DNA of 64,000 nucleotides from Eledone cirrhosa (lineage: Eukaryota): the NCBI GenBank assembly GCA_964016885.1, contig OZ024741.1, forward strand, positions 199,578,001-199,642,000, given 5' to 3'. The notes beneath the pieces were generated by a model, which was not told the origin of the DNA, did no database searches, and saw only the letters and a list, made by a program, of their open reading frames with translations. Position 1 is the stretch's first letter. The number at the start of each line of letters is the position of its first letter. Shown piece by piece: positions 40,618 through 54,146 of this stretch. Made by a program: the position numbers and the translations under genes.

Positions 40618-42400
40618 ACAATAATTCCGACTACCTCACGTCAGCCATTACTTCTAATACACTGAAGCTAGGAGACAGTCTCACCGTAAGCTGACTGAGT
40701 CTTCCATTTTAAAGAAAAACAAAGCATAATTTAATTTAACTTCATATTATAATATTACCTCTATATTTATTTTGTTATATTGTTTATGCATCTTGATTCT
40801 CTTAACATTTACAAACGACGTACTTAGCATCTCGGTTTACAAAATTTTTCATTTTTTAGAAAAACAAAAAAGAAAATATATACTAAGTTAATTCGAACAT
40901 CGAGTTTGAGACGCGAGCGTATTAGAATTCATAGAAAAATTAGAAAATTCATCGCAAGGAAGCTGTTAAAACAGCAAAACGCCGCCAATTACGGCGGCGG
41001 GTAAAAGTTTTACCCCAAAGGATAGAAATCAGCGGCTGAAGTGTGTTGCCTCGAAGAAGTGATAGGAAGAAAAGAGGAAGGAATGAAATGGATGGGAGGA
41101 GATGACAAACGTTTAAATACCCTCATTAGCTTTTAGACCACCAGTGGTTTCAACGATTTAACTGAAAGTACTGCGTAAGATAGATGGTTCATAACAACAG
41201 AGAAATAAATATCTCTGTTGGTATAGGAGGCAGGTAAAAAAAAAAAGAGACAAAAATATGCGTCCGCTCGGCCTCAGGTCATCGGGAGAAAGGAAGAACA
41301 GTGACTCTGTAAGCGGAAGTGACGAGTATGAGTGGCGGGTAGGAGAGGGGAGAAGAAAAGAAAAGAATAGGTATGAGGAAAGGGAGTGCGAGAACGAAAG
41401 AAGGGGATCAATGAAGAGGGAAGAAATAGCCAACAAACCTCAAGCTTGGTATCTGTCCGAAACAGAAAGCTACAATAGCTGTGATTAAGTATAAACTAAG
41501 TTAACTTGAGACGCAAGCACATTAGAATTCATAAGAAAAGGGGAAAACTCAGCTCAAGGAAGCTGTTAAAACAACAAAATGTCATCAATGACGGCGTCGG
41601 GTAAGATTTACCTCAAAGGATAGAAGTGAGTTGGCTCGAAGAAAACTTCGTTACCCCTATATCTATTTTTTTTATATTGTTTATGCACCTTTTCTCGTAA
41701 CATCTTAAAATTCCTAAATATTGACCAATAACCACTATTTACAATAATTCCAACTAATACACTGAAGATAAGAGATAGCCTCACCGTAAGCTGACTGAAT
41801 ATTCAATTTTTAAGAAAAACAAAACTTTAAATAATTTAACTTCGTATTATAATATTAACCCTATATCTATTTTGTTATATTGCTTATGCAACGTGATTCT
41901 CTTAACCTTTACAAGCGACGTACTTGGCGTCTCAGTTTACAAACTCTTTCATTTCTTTAGAAAAACAAAACAGAAAATAATTTAACTTCATTTTATAATA
42001 CTAGGCGGTGAATTGGCAGAGTCGTTAGAACGGCAGATAGAATGCTTTATGGTATTCGTTCTGGCTCTCTACCCTCTGAGTACAAATCCCACCGAGGTCA
42101 ACTTTGCCTTTCATCCCTTTGCGGTTGATAAAAAAAGGTACCAGTCTAGTACAGTGGTGGAATCTTCTTCTGTATCTCTTTCTCACTTTTTATCTTTCTC
42201 TTTAGAAATCTGCTGTAGTCAGGCCTGGAGAGGGATGGGCTCCACCAGGCTTTAAAAAATGACCAAGAAACACCGTATGTCAATACGGCGCCCCTAAGAC
42301 TCTATCAGGATTTACGGGACCATACATACATTATATTACCTCTATATTTATTTTGTTATACTGTTCATGCTGACTGAATCTTTCATTTTAAGAAGAAAAA
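40617..42400. repeat. Rearranged direct repeats of an unclassified non-coding element; diverged Deu/Nin SINE at ~42004-42150
   Basis: 40617-40880 resembles 41740-41980; 40885-41050 resembles 41495-41640. Confidence 0.6.
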
Positions 42401-42414
42401 GAAGAAAATCAACG

Positions 42415-43706
42415 GAGCCTGGAAAGAAACGAAGCCTACATGATCAGATGGATGTGTAACAGATGTGTACATGAATGGCAAAGTGTAAATGTATTAAATA
42501 TGAAACCGGACATAAGAGGGATTAAATGCTGTGGTGCAGGAGAGAAGACTGTGGTGGTATGGATACGTGAAACACATAAAAGATGACAGCTGCTTAAAGA
42601 GGTGTGGGGGCTTTAAAAGTTGCAGGAGGCCTCAAGAGTAGAAGACCCAGGAAGACGTAAGATGAAACGATAAGGGTGACTCTGACTCAACTAGAGCTCC
42701 CAATGGGGATGGCACAGGACCAAGTCATATTTCACTACAATGTATGACAAAAGACCTCTGTCGACAACTCAACGCTGGACTCGGCTCAAAACGGCATCAT
42801 CCATCCCCACACCGCAAACACGGTTGATGGCAGGTCCATGAGGGATTCAGTGAGGGGCCCCAGAAATAGAATCTGATTTCCTATTGAGAAGGGTTCGTCG
42901 TGTGGAGAGTGACCGGCTCCAAAACTGGGGTGCCGCTACGAGAAGAGTTCGGTGTGACCAACAGGTTTATTCCTCCTCATAGTGGTGTCATCCTGTGTAG
43001 GGCTCCAAAACTGTGGTTCCGCTGTAAGTTGGGTTCGACGTGGCCAACTGGCTTGTCCCTCCTCATAGCCGTACCATCCAGTCCTAGGCTCCCAAAATGT
43101 GCTTTCGTATTGAGAAGGGTTCGTCGCGTGAAGAGTGCTTGGCTCCGAAACAAGTGTGCTGCTGTGAGAAGGATTTGGCACGGCCAAATTGGCCTGTCCC
43201 TCCTCATAGTAGTGTCATCCAGTGCCAGGCTTTAAAATTGTGTTTCTGCTGTTAAATGGATTCGACACGGCCAACTAGCCTGTCTTTCCTCATAGTGGTG
43301 GGCCTGCACCTTCTCATAGCGGTGCCATGTAGCACTTCAACTGCGGGACCGCTGTGTGAAAGGTTCGGCGCGGCCAACTGGTCTGTACCTCCACAGTGCC
43401 AGGTTCCTAAACGGTGGTTCCGCGCCTGCCCTTCCTCATAGCAGCATCATCAGTACCGACCCCCAAAACTATGGTTACGCTGTGAGATGGGTTTCTGGTG
43501 ACCAACTGGCCTGTCCCTCCTCATAACAGAGCCATCCAGTTCCACACTGTAAATGTGGTTGGTGTTAGGAAGGGCATGCAGCTGTAAAATACCGAGCCAA
43601 ATTTACAGTCCTTGTCAGAGCAAGGTACTGCATGGCCAACTCTGGACGACCCGTCTAACCCATGCAAGCATGGAAAAATGGATGCTAAACGGTGATGATG
43701 ATGATG
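42415..43706 (+). mobile_element. Degraded RTE 3' end with GC-rich tandem array in the 3' UTR and (GAT)n tail
   Basis: LERNEAYMIRWMC, RRLWWYGYV, GRPRKT-like remnants; tail matches other RTE 3' ends in the window. Confidence 0.65.
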
Positions 43707-45266
43707 AATATATATATACACACACATACACATATATATATATGAATTACAATGTCTTATCCTTCTGTTTTAAACCTTCGATTGATAAGTGGTATGGTAT
43801 GTGTTTCATGTTTTTTGTAGTCCCCTCATCAGTAACATGTTTATTTGAATTTTATTTTTATTTCATTTTTGGTCGTGAAGATGAGGTCAAATCAGCTCAC
43901 GGTTCGATCTGTATCGATCTAGCCCCACTCTGGAATCAAAAGCACGTCGGACCTCTGTTGTGGTAACCGCCTTTTGATAGATAAAAGGCTATGGACATGC
44001 TACAGATAGATGTATAGTTTATAATGTGTCGAAACAACCGTGACCCGTATTAAACTACTGACGAAGGGAGACTGTTCATCTCTTGTTTGTGTCTCCTTAC
44101 CTTCTAACACCCGTTACCAGTAACCACACAGCCCCTCATCTCAATCCATAATTTTATATCCACCCCACAACTAACAATACTAATACCTCCACCCCACATC
44201 CGACCACTCTTCCCTAACTAACATCCCTCCCTTCTTCCCCCCCCCCTCCTTATCACACGCACACACCCACCGGTACATATATACACGCGCTCACACTAAA
44301 CACACACGCTACTACCACCACTAACCCTCACCCCCACACATCCACCCCACCCCACCACCCCGCAACTAACATCACTAACACCCCCTGACCCCAAGTACAC
44401 GAACACACACACCCACTTACACCACCCACCCTACACGCAACTAACATCACTAACACCCCCCAACCCTACGCACACGTACACACACACCCTCTTACACCAC
44501 CCACTCTACACACCCTACCACCACTGACCCCCACTCACACCAGCATTCAACCCTTTCTCCACCTCCTGTATACTAACACCCACTAACACCCCCTTCGCCA
44601 CACACACACACACCAGTACACTACACTCCCTCCATCGGCCCCCACACCCTTCTCTCCCCGCTCCACCCACACCCTTTCTAAAACACTCACTCATCCCCAC
44701 TAACACCCCTACTAATACACCCCCCTCCTCACTCCAACTTTCACACCTACCCATCCTCTCCCCTGTCCACCGCACACACTGACACACCTTCACTTACCAT
44801 TCTACCCTACTGCTGCTATGCCCTCTGACCACCTCCCCGCACACAGAGACACACAACACTCCTCCTGCCTTGACCCTCTGACCACTTCCTGTTGCGCGCG
44901 CACCCCACATCTCCCCTCTTCCGACCAATCTCTTAACGGATTACACGTATGTGAACCTTGATCCCGAGAATCCACCGCATCCAAGGATTTTACTCAGCAT
45001 TCCACCACATCTTTTTACGGAATTACCTTTATGACTCACCCCACATACACACCAAAAAAATTTTTTTCCCACACGCCACCTACATCCACAACACGCATAA
45101 ACACCACACACACACGTGCGTACCACCACATATTTACACATTCAGCCTCCGGAATCCTCTCCCCCCACCCCCCTATCCACACACGCACACACATCCGACC
45201 TACACCCCACCCCACACACACCTCTTCCAGAACATGCAACCCCGTTCTTCCCCCAACCCTTGCTTT

Positions 45267-45299
<33 letters not shown>

Positions 45300-45550
45300 G
45301 TACACCTTCACACACACACCACCTTCAGTCCTCCCCGCTCGAACACCCCGTCTCCCTCTCCCCACTCCACCCGCCACCACCCCTACACGCCCCACACTCT
45401 TCCACCACCTGTTTTACCCCATTTTAATTTTATTTTGATCATGCCTTTATTTTTAATCTCATTTGCACCGTTTCCTCTCACCCCCTTTTTGCTATATGTC
45501 TCTCCACCACTCCCCAACACACCCTTTGAACTCTCTTCCCACACACTTTT

Positions 45551-45584
45551 CACCTGAAGAAGGGCTTATGCCCGAAACGTCGTT
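45551..45584 (+). ncRNA. Minimal hammerhead at the end of a CA-rich PLE-type 3' segment (~44090-45672)
   Basis: CTGAAGA-a gggc ttat gccc-GAAA-cg-TC; short stem I. Confidence 0.65.
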
Positions 45585-45668
45585 CCCCACCACCACCCCA
45601 CTCTCAAGAGCGTGAAATTAATAAACCTTTGTTTGTACTGCCTCTCTGTTTTGTTCCCGTTCAATTTT

Positions 45669-45711
<43 letters not shown>

Positions 45712-45719
<8 letters not shown>

Positions 45720-46767
45720 ATATTTGGGGAGGTTCATATTTGCGTAATATTGCCAGAATTAATAACAGAACACACTCACTGTTTGGTTGGTTTTCGCTTC
45801 TCGCTGTCTTTTATATCTGCGGTCTAACTTACTCGGTCCTCAATGTTGCCATTGACTTACCGACGGTCAAAAATAATACAGATACAATATAGACACAAAC
45901 ACATATATATAGTTTACATAAATCTTTCGTTGCACATCTGCAACATCATCAGTGGTGTTATATTCATTGTTCCTCCTGTTGTGTTGTATGTCTACGCCAT
46001 TTTTTTATTCAGTCTGTCTATATATTTATTTATTTATTTGCTTGTTTGTTTATCTTATTTTATTTTGTCTTCTTTGCGCATGCGTTTGCGTGTGTGTATA
46101 GTGTTATGTGTGATGTGTGACTAGTGTGTATAGTGTTGTATCTGCTGGGTGACTAGTGTGTGTTTATGTGCTTGTTGTTATTGTGCTTGTGTATGTATTT
46201 ATTTATCTTATTTTATTTTATTTTATTTACTTATTTATACTTCTCTTAGGTCAGTGTTGTTTGTTTGGGTGTTGTTGTTGTTCCACTCATTCTTTCTGTT
46301 TAGCTTTGGTCTTCTAATTTCTATTTCACTGGCCTCTCTGATTTGCCTATCTGCTGGGTCATTCCTATGTTTAGATATTATTCTAATTTCTATGTTGTCT
46401 ATGTTACCGTCATGTTGTTGTCTAGCATGTTCGTATAGTACTGACCCGTTTTTTCGTCCTTTTAGTTCCCCCCAGTGTTGGTCTATCCTTTCACCTATGC
46501 TACGAGCTGTCTCACCTATATATGTTGTTGTCATGTTTCTGCAAGTACCCTCTGTACATCTTATGCTATAGACTACGTTTCTAGTTTTACAGTTTATCCG
46601 TGGGTTCACCTTACATATGATACATTTCCTATTGGTACAGTGGGTTTTCTTAAAAGGGTAGGTTTTGCTGTTATTAATTCTGGCAATATTACGCAAATAT
46701 GACCCTCCCCAAATATAACAATATCTGTTTCGACACACGATTTCATATAAAAAACCTCGCAAAACTA
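45712..46767 (-). mobile_element. PLE family A GIY-YIG/3' UTR fragment with inverted terminal cap
   Basis: Same GIY-YIG protein as 20332-20886; 46668-46767 is an inverted, extended copy of the terminus. Confidence 0.9.
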
Positions 46768-46789
46768 TATATATATATATATATATATA

Positions 46790-47655
46790 AGGCGGGTAAA
46801 ATTCCCGAGATCCATGGACGAGTTCTCTCCAATGGTCTCTGTCCTTCATCATCACTGCCAAGTCCTGCATCTCCCAGAGACCAGTGTCTGTCCTTAGGGC
46901 ATCAATATATGTCAACCTCGGTCTCCCTCTTCTAGTGTGTCCATGTAGGGGCTCCCACAGGACCACTGAGTGCAATGTCAACTCTGAATGTCGGTAAGCT
47001 AACTTCAGTCTCCTCTGTGTTACTTTCAAGCTGACTTTTGGGGGGCTCCCGTACAGCTCTGAGTTCTTCTTCCTCAGTATATACTGGTAAATGTTCAGAG
47101 CCATCCTCAGCATCCTCGTGTAACACCCATCCACCATCTGAGTGAATTTGTTGGTCAGTGTCCAAGTCTCAAACCCGTACAGTAGCACAGACTCCACTGT
47201 AGCAATGAAGAGATGGATCTTCAGCTCTTTGCGAAAGTCCGACATTCACACCGACCTCAAACTGGCACACCACCCAGGCTTTGGTCTTCCTCTCAACCAC
47301 ATCATCCTCTGTGTTCCCAATCTTTGCTCCCAGATACTGGAACTTGTCAACCAACTCTAGTGGCTTCCTGCCTACACTCACAACCTTCTCTGGCTTCTTA
47401 ATGTTCTCATTCATTTTCAGCCCCACAATCATCGACAAAGTCTCCAACTCCTGCATCAACTCCTCTGTCTCTTACACTGTGTTTGTCACTAGAAATATGT
47501 CGTCAGCAAATTCAGCATCTGATGTCTTTTTAGCCTTAACCCTCCTGCTCTGAGCCAGTGCTACAGTAAAGCCAGAGTCCTGATATTTCTCCAGCAAAAA
47601 GCGCATACAATAGTCCACTGCGATGGTAAAAAGGTAGGAGCCAATGTATCTCCTG
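46790..47655 (-). mobile_element. RTE-clade LINE RT/C-terminal fragment (second family)
   Basis: GDTLAP.LFTIAVDY, EFADDI, FQYLG, VESVLLYGFETWTL, DGCYTRMLR, GRPRLTY. Confidence 0.85.
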
Positions 47656-47659
47656 TGTG

Positions 47660-47739
<80 letters not shown>

Positions 47740-48252
47740 AAGAAAGCACGGTCGGGGGATAAGTTTCCTTCATCAGTTGTCTGCTGGAGATCATGGATAT
47801 TTCTACGCATTAAAGACAAGATATGTACTCCAGTGCGTCAATAATTAAAGGAAGTTATTGGGAAAAAAAGGAGAGAGAGAAAAAATATATAACAGAAGGG
47901 AAAAGGGAAGAAAAAGGAAAAAAAAACAACGAAAAAAACGGAAAACGACATACCGAAGAGGGAAACCCGAAAGTGTGTGAGAAACTCGAAGAGTGAGAAA
48001 AAAATCGACATCAGCTACTGGACTTAAGTCTGAGGGCTGTGTGAACGAGAAAAAAGCACGTCTGACCTTTACAAGAGTAAGTGAAAAAGACAGACGAGAG
48101 AAACAGTGGAAGCAGCGGGGTAGCTAGCAGAGAGAGGGAGAAAGGGAGAGAAAGAAAGAGGGGGGAAGAGTTAATAGAACCAAAATAGATAGAGAGAAAG
48201 AGAAAACAGGTCGCAGCAAAACTTGATAAAATATTTTTAGAAGAAACAGATA

Positions 48253-48307
<55 letters not shown>

Positions 48308-48349
48308 GATATTAACAAATGGAAACTATATTTATAAAACCATATTTAT

Positions 48350-48408
48350 TTCATTATACATATTTCAATGACACCAAGTTAAATTATGGTGTGCTTTCAT
48401 CAGACAAA
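48350..48408 (-). ncRNA. Type I hammerhead ribozyme
   Basis: Mirror image of 48930-48988. Confidence 0.6.
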
Positions 48409-48929
48409 ATATAATATAGATCAGTTTTATAAATAAATATTGACATACCCTTAAAAAATGTAACCATTACTGTTGGAAGCTCCCGGATAGTGGAGTTGTT
48501 TACTTATATTATTATTAGTATTGGATATTTTTATTTTTAAAATAAGCCGTTGGGTTACAGAGAAAGAAAAAGAAGGAGAGAGAGAAAAAGAGAGAAAGAA
48601 AGAAAAAAGAGAGAAAAGAGAGAGAGAGAGATACCAAAACAACAGAGAGAGAAAGATATATAGAGAGAGAGGAGACAGAGAGAAGGGGAGATAACGAAAA
48701 CTCTAAGTCATATCTTGTTGAGTTAACTTAACAATTGAGATGAAATGAATAAATAAAATTAGAAATGTTAATAATCATGAATGGAATATACATATATACT
48801 ATGAGAAATTAATCATTGTTTAAATATGATCTCATATTATATATATATATTCCATTCATGATTATTAACATTTCTAATTTTATTTATTCATTTCATCTCA
48901 ATTGTTAAGTTAACTCAACAAGATTATAT

Positions 48930-48988
48930 TTTGTCTGATGAAAGCACACCATAATTTAACTTGGTGTCCTTGAAATATGTATAATGAA
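48930..48988 (+). ncRNA. Type I hammerhead ribozyme
   Basis: tttgt-CTGATGA-aagcacacca taatttaact tggtgtcctt-GAAA-tatgta-TA-atgaa. Confidence 0.6.
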
Positions 48989-49121
48989 ATAAATATGGTT
49001 TTATAAACATAGTTTCCATTTGTTAATATCGTATGTTTACTCCAAATACTTGTTGAGTGCTTTATATCAGTTATTATAAAAATATTTGCTTGTTGTATCC
49101 CAACAATTTAAATAGAACTTT

Positions 49122-49179
<58 letters not shown>

Positions 49180-49194
49180 TATATATATATATAC

Positions 49195-50365
49195 TCAAAC
49201 TGAACGACATCCACCACAAACCGTGCCAGAAAGAACAGAGTACACCACACCCGAGGCACTAACATTTGCTTCCTGAAGCTCCCACACTTCAGTGAAGAAA
49301 CAACAACAGCCATCCGCAGATTTATCAGACGAGAGGGAGTAGATATCCAACTAGCCCACTAAGGTCCTTCTCTACGCGGACAGCTAACCAAAAGACACTC
49401 CACCAGACATGACAACTGCTGCAGACTAACCAACTGCCCCATCAACGACACAGACCTATGCCACCATAGGTCTGTGTCGTTGATGCATCGTATACAGAGT
49501 GTGACAAATGCAACAACTTCTACGTAGGTAGCACCACCAGACCACTCCACATAAGAATAAAAGAACACCTCAATACTAATGCTTCCTCATTTAAGAAACA
49601 CCTAGTTAAATGCAAAAACACCGACAAAACCATAACAGTTAGGATAGAAACCAAGGAAAGAAACCTCGGCAATCTTAGAATTAAGGAAGCACTAATTATA
49701 GACAAAACACAACCACCAATCAATAATAGACTAGAACTCAACACCCAATTTATAACTTGATAGAGCTTCTAGCCCCATATTTACACACACACACATCCCC
49801 ACACACACACGCACACACGCACGCACACACACACACACACACGCTTACACCTCCACTTATTCTCTCTCACACATACACACACAAAACCAGTTCTAACACG
49901 AGATAACACCTATCCCCCACATTTACGAATAGACAATCTTCTCACACTCACACACACTCACATACTTACACCTTCATGCATTCTCCCACACACTTAAACA
50001 AGCATGTATATAAAAAAATACCAAAAAAACAAATACAAACCTCTTTTAAAGGGAGACTACTCTTTATCCACCTAATCTTAACTCTTTGACATTAGAGATA
50101 GAACAGATACTCTATACCATTTCCTGTCAGCATGACTTGGCAAGCTATTTAGAACACTGGTTGACAACTTTACTTCGTTCTGAAGAAGAGATATTATCTC
50201 GAAAATTAAGGACATTTAAATAAATCTAAGGTAAAAGACTATTTGTCAACAATATCTTTTGCATTTGCATTCTTTATTCTATGTCCATACCTGCATTGTT
50301 TTGGCTTTATTATACATATACAAACGTTTATACCTCATTACACAATGCTTCAAGTGAACTATAAC
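49195..50365 (+). mobile_element. PLE linker + GIY-YIG pseudogene and 3' UTR with hammerhead-like motif at 50177-50214; not in the ORF track
   Basis: FLKLPHFSE...CRLTNCPI; ECDKCNNFYVGSTTRPLHIRIKEHL...LRIKEALIIDKTQPPINNR (stop ~49760); CTGAAGA-a gaga tatta tctc-GAAA. Confidence 0.8.
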
Positions 50366-50554
50366 CTCCTCCATATATATACACACATATATATATATAT
50401 ATATATACACATATATACATATATATACATATATATATACATATATATATATACATATATTTATATATATACATATATATGTACATATATATATATATAT
50501 ATATACACATATATATATATATATATATACACATACACACACACACACACACAC

Positions 50555-50602
<48 letters not shown>

Positions 50603-51168
50603 TATACATATTTATATATATATATACATATATATATATATACATATGGTGGCTGCCAACTCGTTTTTGAGTACGGCCACTACTTTATATCCATGTAGGA
50701 GAACCCCTACAGATGCACTGAACGAGTGTGACTTTTTAGTCTAGCCAGCGACTTGAAAACTCTGGTACAAACACTACAATTGTGACAATTATTGACACAT
50801 TATGTTGGGCCCATGGTACCATGCGACGACAAGTGCAGAGAGATCTCCAGATATAAAGCAATGCCTGTGCCGTGAAGCTTTTATAGTGAGCAAAGGCACT
50901 GCACAAAGCCAGTCCCACTCTCTTAACCAAGATGATATTTACCAAAAAGAAGAACAAGTCAACATCATTGGATACCATCAGGGTTGCAGGTGTTATATCA
51001 GAGTTTTCCTTCTCCTAGAATTCTGCCTTGACAAAGGCTAAGGGGTCATCTCTCCCGTATATATATACATATATATACATATATATACATATATATACAT
51101 ATATATACATATATACATATATATATATATGTACATATATATATATACATATATATATATATACATAT

Positions 51169-51213
<45 letters not shown>

Positions 51214-51226
51214 CACATATATATAT

Positions 51227-51279
<53 letters not shown>

Positions 51280-51284
51280 CATGG

Positions 51285-51373
<89 letters not shown>

Positions 51374-51391
51374 TATATATATATACATATA

Positions 51392-52850
51392 TAGTAAGGT
51401 GTATTATTGGTTGTGTCATATGGTCCAATAAACTTTTGTTAGCTATATTAAGTTCTCCACGCTTTTGTATATCTCCAATTACATTTATGGGAACAGCTAG
51501 ATGATGTAAAACGGAGTATTTGTATCAAAATAAAGATCCGAAGGCATGGTATAAATTTCCAATCATGTTAATCACGACACATGTTTCAATAAGAGATAGA
51601 TCGATCGTGCGGCCATGATCGATTCTCACTGATCTCGTCAGGTGAAAATGAATTGTCTTCAAATCCTTGATATGAGGGAGAAAATTTAACGATGTTCACT
51701 CACTAGAGTTTTGTCCCCCATATGAAGATTAAGCAGCCAAAACACGCCGACTGCTATCGTTCCCAGTTAGGGTCATAAAACTATCAAGTCTCTATCTCTC
51801 AATAGCTGTAGAAGACGCTGGACGGGTCTAATCTCAGCATCAAATCTTTAGAATTACAGTCGGTCACAGTTAGTGTGAGTGAGTGCACACACACTCACAC
51901 ACACCTACGCGAGATCGAAGAAAAAATATATATATACCAACATAGTATTCACCGAAAGTTAGTTTACAAAACAACAAATGTTATATTGGTCAAATCTCAA
52001 TTTGACGATGTAAATTGGAGAAACCTTATACACACGCAAGTAAATTCAGTTCAATGTTCTGCTATACGTGTATCAATTGTATTGTAAATAGTGTATGTTT
52101 TGGTATATACACATCCGTATCGTCTAAAAAAGTGTATGTTTTGGTATATACACATCCATGTGAAGACCAAGTAGTCAGCTCATATCGAACTCTGTATATG
52201 CAGTTGTCCCATTGGGAATCTGAGACTCCAAATCTGTGCGTGCAAGCAACTGCCATGTAGGCCACCAAGGTGCTCTGTGTAGGATTGGGTATTTGAGTTA
52301 AGGTGTCAGTATGTGCGTTTTCCCGTCATATGGTCCCTTGGGCTTTTAAGATAGCTGTTAGAGTGGTGGAGGTGTGTTACCCAACACAGAAATAAATTAA
52401 AATAAAATAAAATAAAATAAAATAAAATATCGAAACCCCGAGGATGTGTGTAAGCCCATTAATGGTGTGTAAGTAATATTGTCCAATCAGTAATCGTTAG
52501 CACTCCATGGTTAGATGATCATGAATCAAAACCTAGTGTAGTGTTCAATTGATAGGATCGTGACCAGTCATAACTGTGGGAACTCCGTGTCTAAAGAAAC
52601 CGAGTACTGTGTGTAGAGTCATGTATAAAGAACGTAATCGGTCTTAACTGAGTGTGTAATACGTCTAACTATTTACTAACCGAGAGAACTCAATGGTTAG
52701 GGTATTCTAAAGTAATGGTGAATGCGCGTAATCGGTATTAACTGAGTGTGTAATCATTCTAACTATTTACTAACTAGGTATTCTAAAGTAGTGGTAAATG
52801 TGCACTCAGCTGTGAGAAATCTGTGGAAACAAACCGAGTACCGTTTGTAT
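51392..52850 (-). mobile_element. Non-coding element sharing a ~0.9-kb 3' module with the Naiad-like element at 53433-58749
   Basis: 51392-52330 aligns with 53433-54146 plus 56880-57275; hammerhead at 51572-51645. Confidence 0.75.
51572..51645 (-). ncRNA. Type I hammerhead with extended stem II
   Basis: tcac-CTGACGA-gatc...att-GAAA-catgtg-TC-gtga. Confidence 0.6.
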
Positions 52851-52955
52851 ACATATATATATATGTGTTTGTATACATATATATATATGTGTATAAATAT
52901 ATATATACATATACCGTTGGTCAGTCATTAATACATGTATATATATATACATACA

Positions 52956-53198
52956 TAAAAATTAAGAAGAGCAGAACAAACAAACATTAAACAATTTAAA
53001 AAAATTTTAAGAAATGATATAAATATTTACCCGTTTATAATGCTATTACCGGCGGTTTCGCTTTAGAAATTCTCCGAATCTCTAACCTTTTGTAAAGCGA
53101 AACCTCCGGTAATAGCATTATGAACGGATAAATATTTAAATCATTTTTTTTTAAAGAACTGTTTAATGTTTGTTTGTTCTGCTCTTCTTAATTTTTAT
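52956..53198. repeat. ~240-bp fold-back hairpin
   Basis: ~110-bp arms, ~20-nt spacer; each arm keeps a GAAAcc..ggTA half-hammerhead. Confidence 0.85.
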
Positions 53199-53341
53199 AG
53201 TTCTGGTATCTCGAATTAGTACCATAGAACACCAATTATATTATAGACACACTATTTATCTCTATGGGTACTTAGTACTCAGAGAGATATTTACCTCATT
53301 TTCTATATATATATACACACACATATATATATATATATATC

Positions 53342-53416
<75 letters not shown>

Positions 53417-53610
53417 TTTATATATATATATATAGTAAGGTGTATTATTGGTTGTGTAAAACGGTCCAATAAATTTATGTTACCAATATTAAGTTCTCCA
53501 CGCTTTTGTATATCTCCAATTCTATTCAAGGGAACAGCTAGATGATGTCAAACGGAGTATAAGTATCAAAATGAAAATCTGAAGGCAAGCTAAAATTCCA
53601 ATCATTTTAA

Positions 53611-53684
53611 TCACGACACGTGTTTCAATAAGAGATAGATCGATCGTAAAGCCATGATCAATTATCACTGATCTCATCAGGTGA
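53611..53684 (-). ncRNA. Type I hammerhead with extended stem II
   Basis: tcac-CTGATGA-gatc...att-GAAA-cacgtg-TC-gtga; palindromic ACACGTGT stem III, GUC triplet. Confidence 0.7.
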
Positions 53685-54146
53685 AAATGAATTGTCTTCA
53701 AATTCTTGATATGAGGGAGAAAATTAGCAATGTTCACTCACAGACTTTATTCCCTCATATGAAGATCCAGTAGTCAGAAATACGGCGACTGCTATCAGCT
53801 TCAGTTAGGGTCATAAAACTGTCAAATCTCCATAGCTGCAAAGGACGCTGGACATAAATAAGATCTGTAGAAATACAGTCGGTCACAGTTAAAGTGAGTG
53901 GGTACACACACATTCAACACCCATACACGCCGGCTCGAGGTCAAAGAAAAAAAAATATATATATATACACATATCAACACAGCATCAAATCTGTAGAACT
54001 ATAGAAGGTCACAATTAGTGTAAGTGGGTACACACACACTCTCACACATGCCGAAGCGATGTCATAGAAAAAACAACAAATATAAGAATAAGAATATACC
54101 AACACAGCATTCACCGAAAGTTTGTTTACAAAACAACAAATGCTAC

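Larger units (their letters stand above)
48305..49034. repeat. Nested inverted repeats carrying two hammerheads
   Basis: 48305-48416 pairs with 48923-49034; 48712-48790 pairs with 48846-48924. Confidence 0.85.

Noticed and set aside
42960-43530. HDV-like ribozyme suggested by CCCTCCTC motifs; also considered at RTE 5' ends (28415-28480)
   Set aside because: Could not build P3, P1 and P1.1 pairings by eye
46235-47245. 336-aa ORF apparently fusing an RTE C-terminus to GIY-YIG
   Set aside because: Chance read-through across a (TA)n tract and an inverted PLE terminus joining two unrelated insertions
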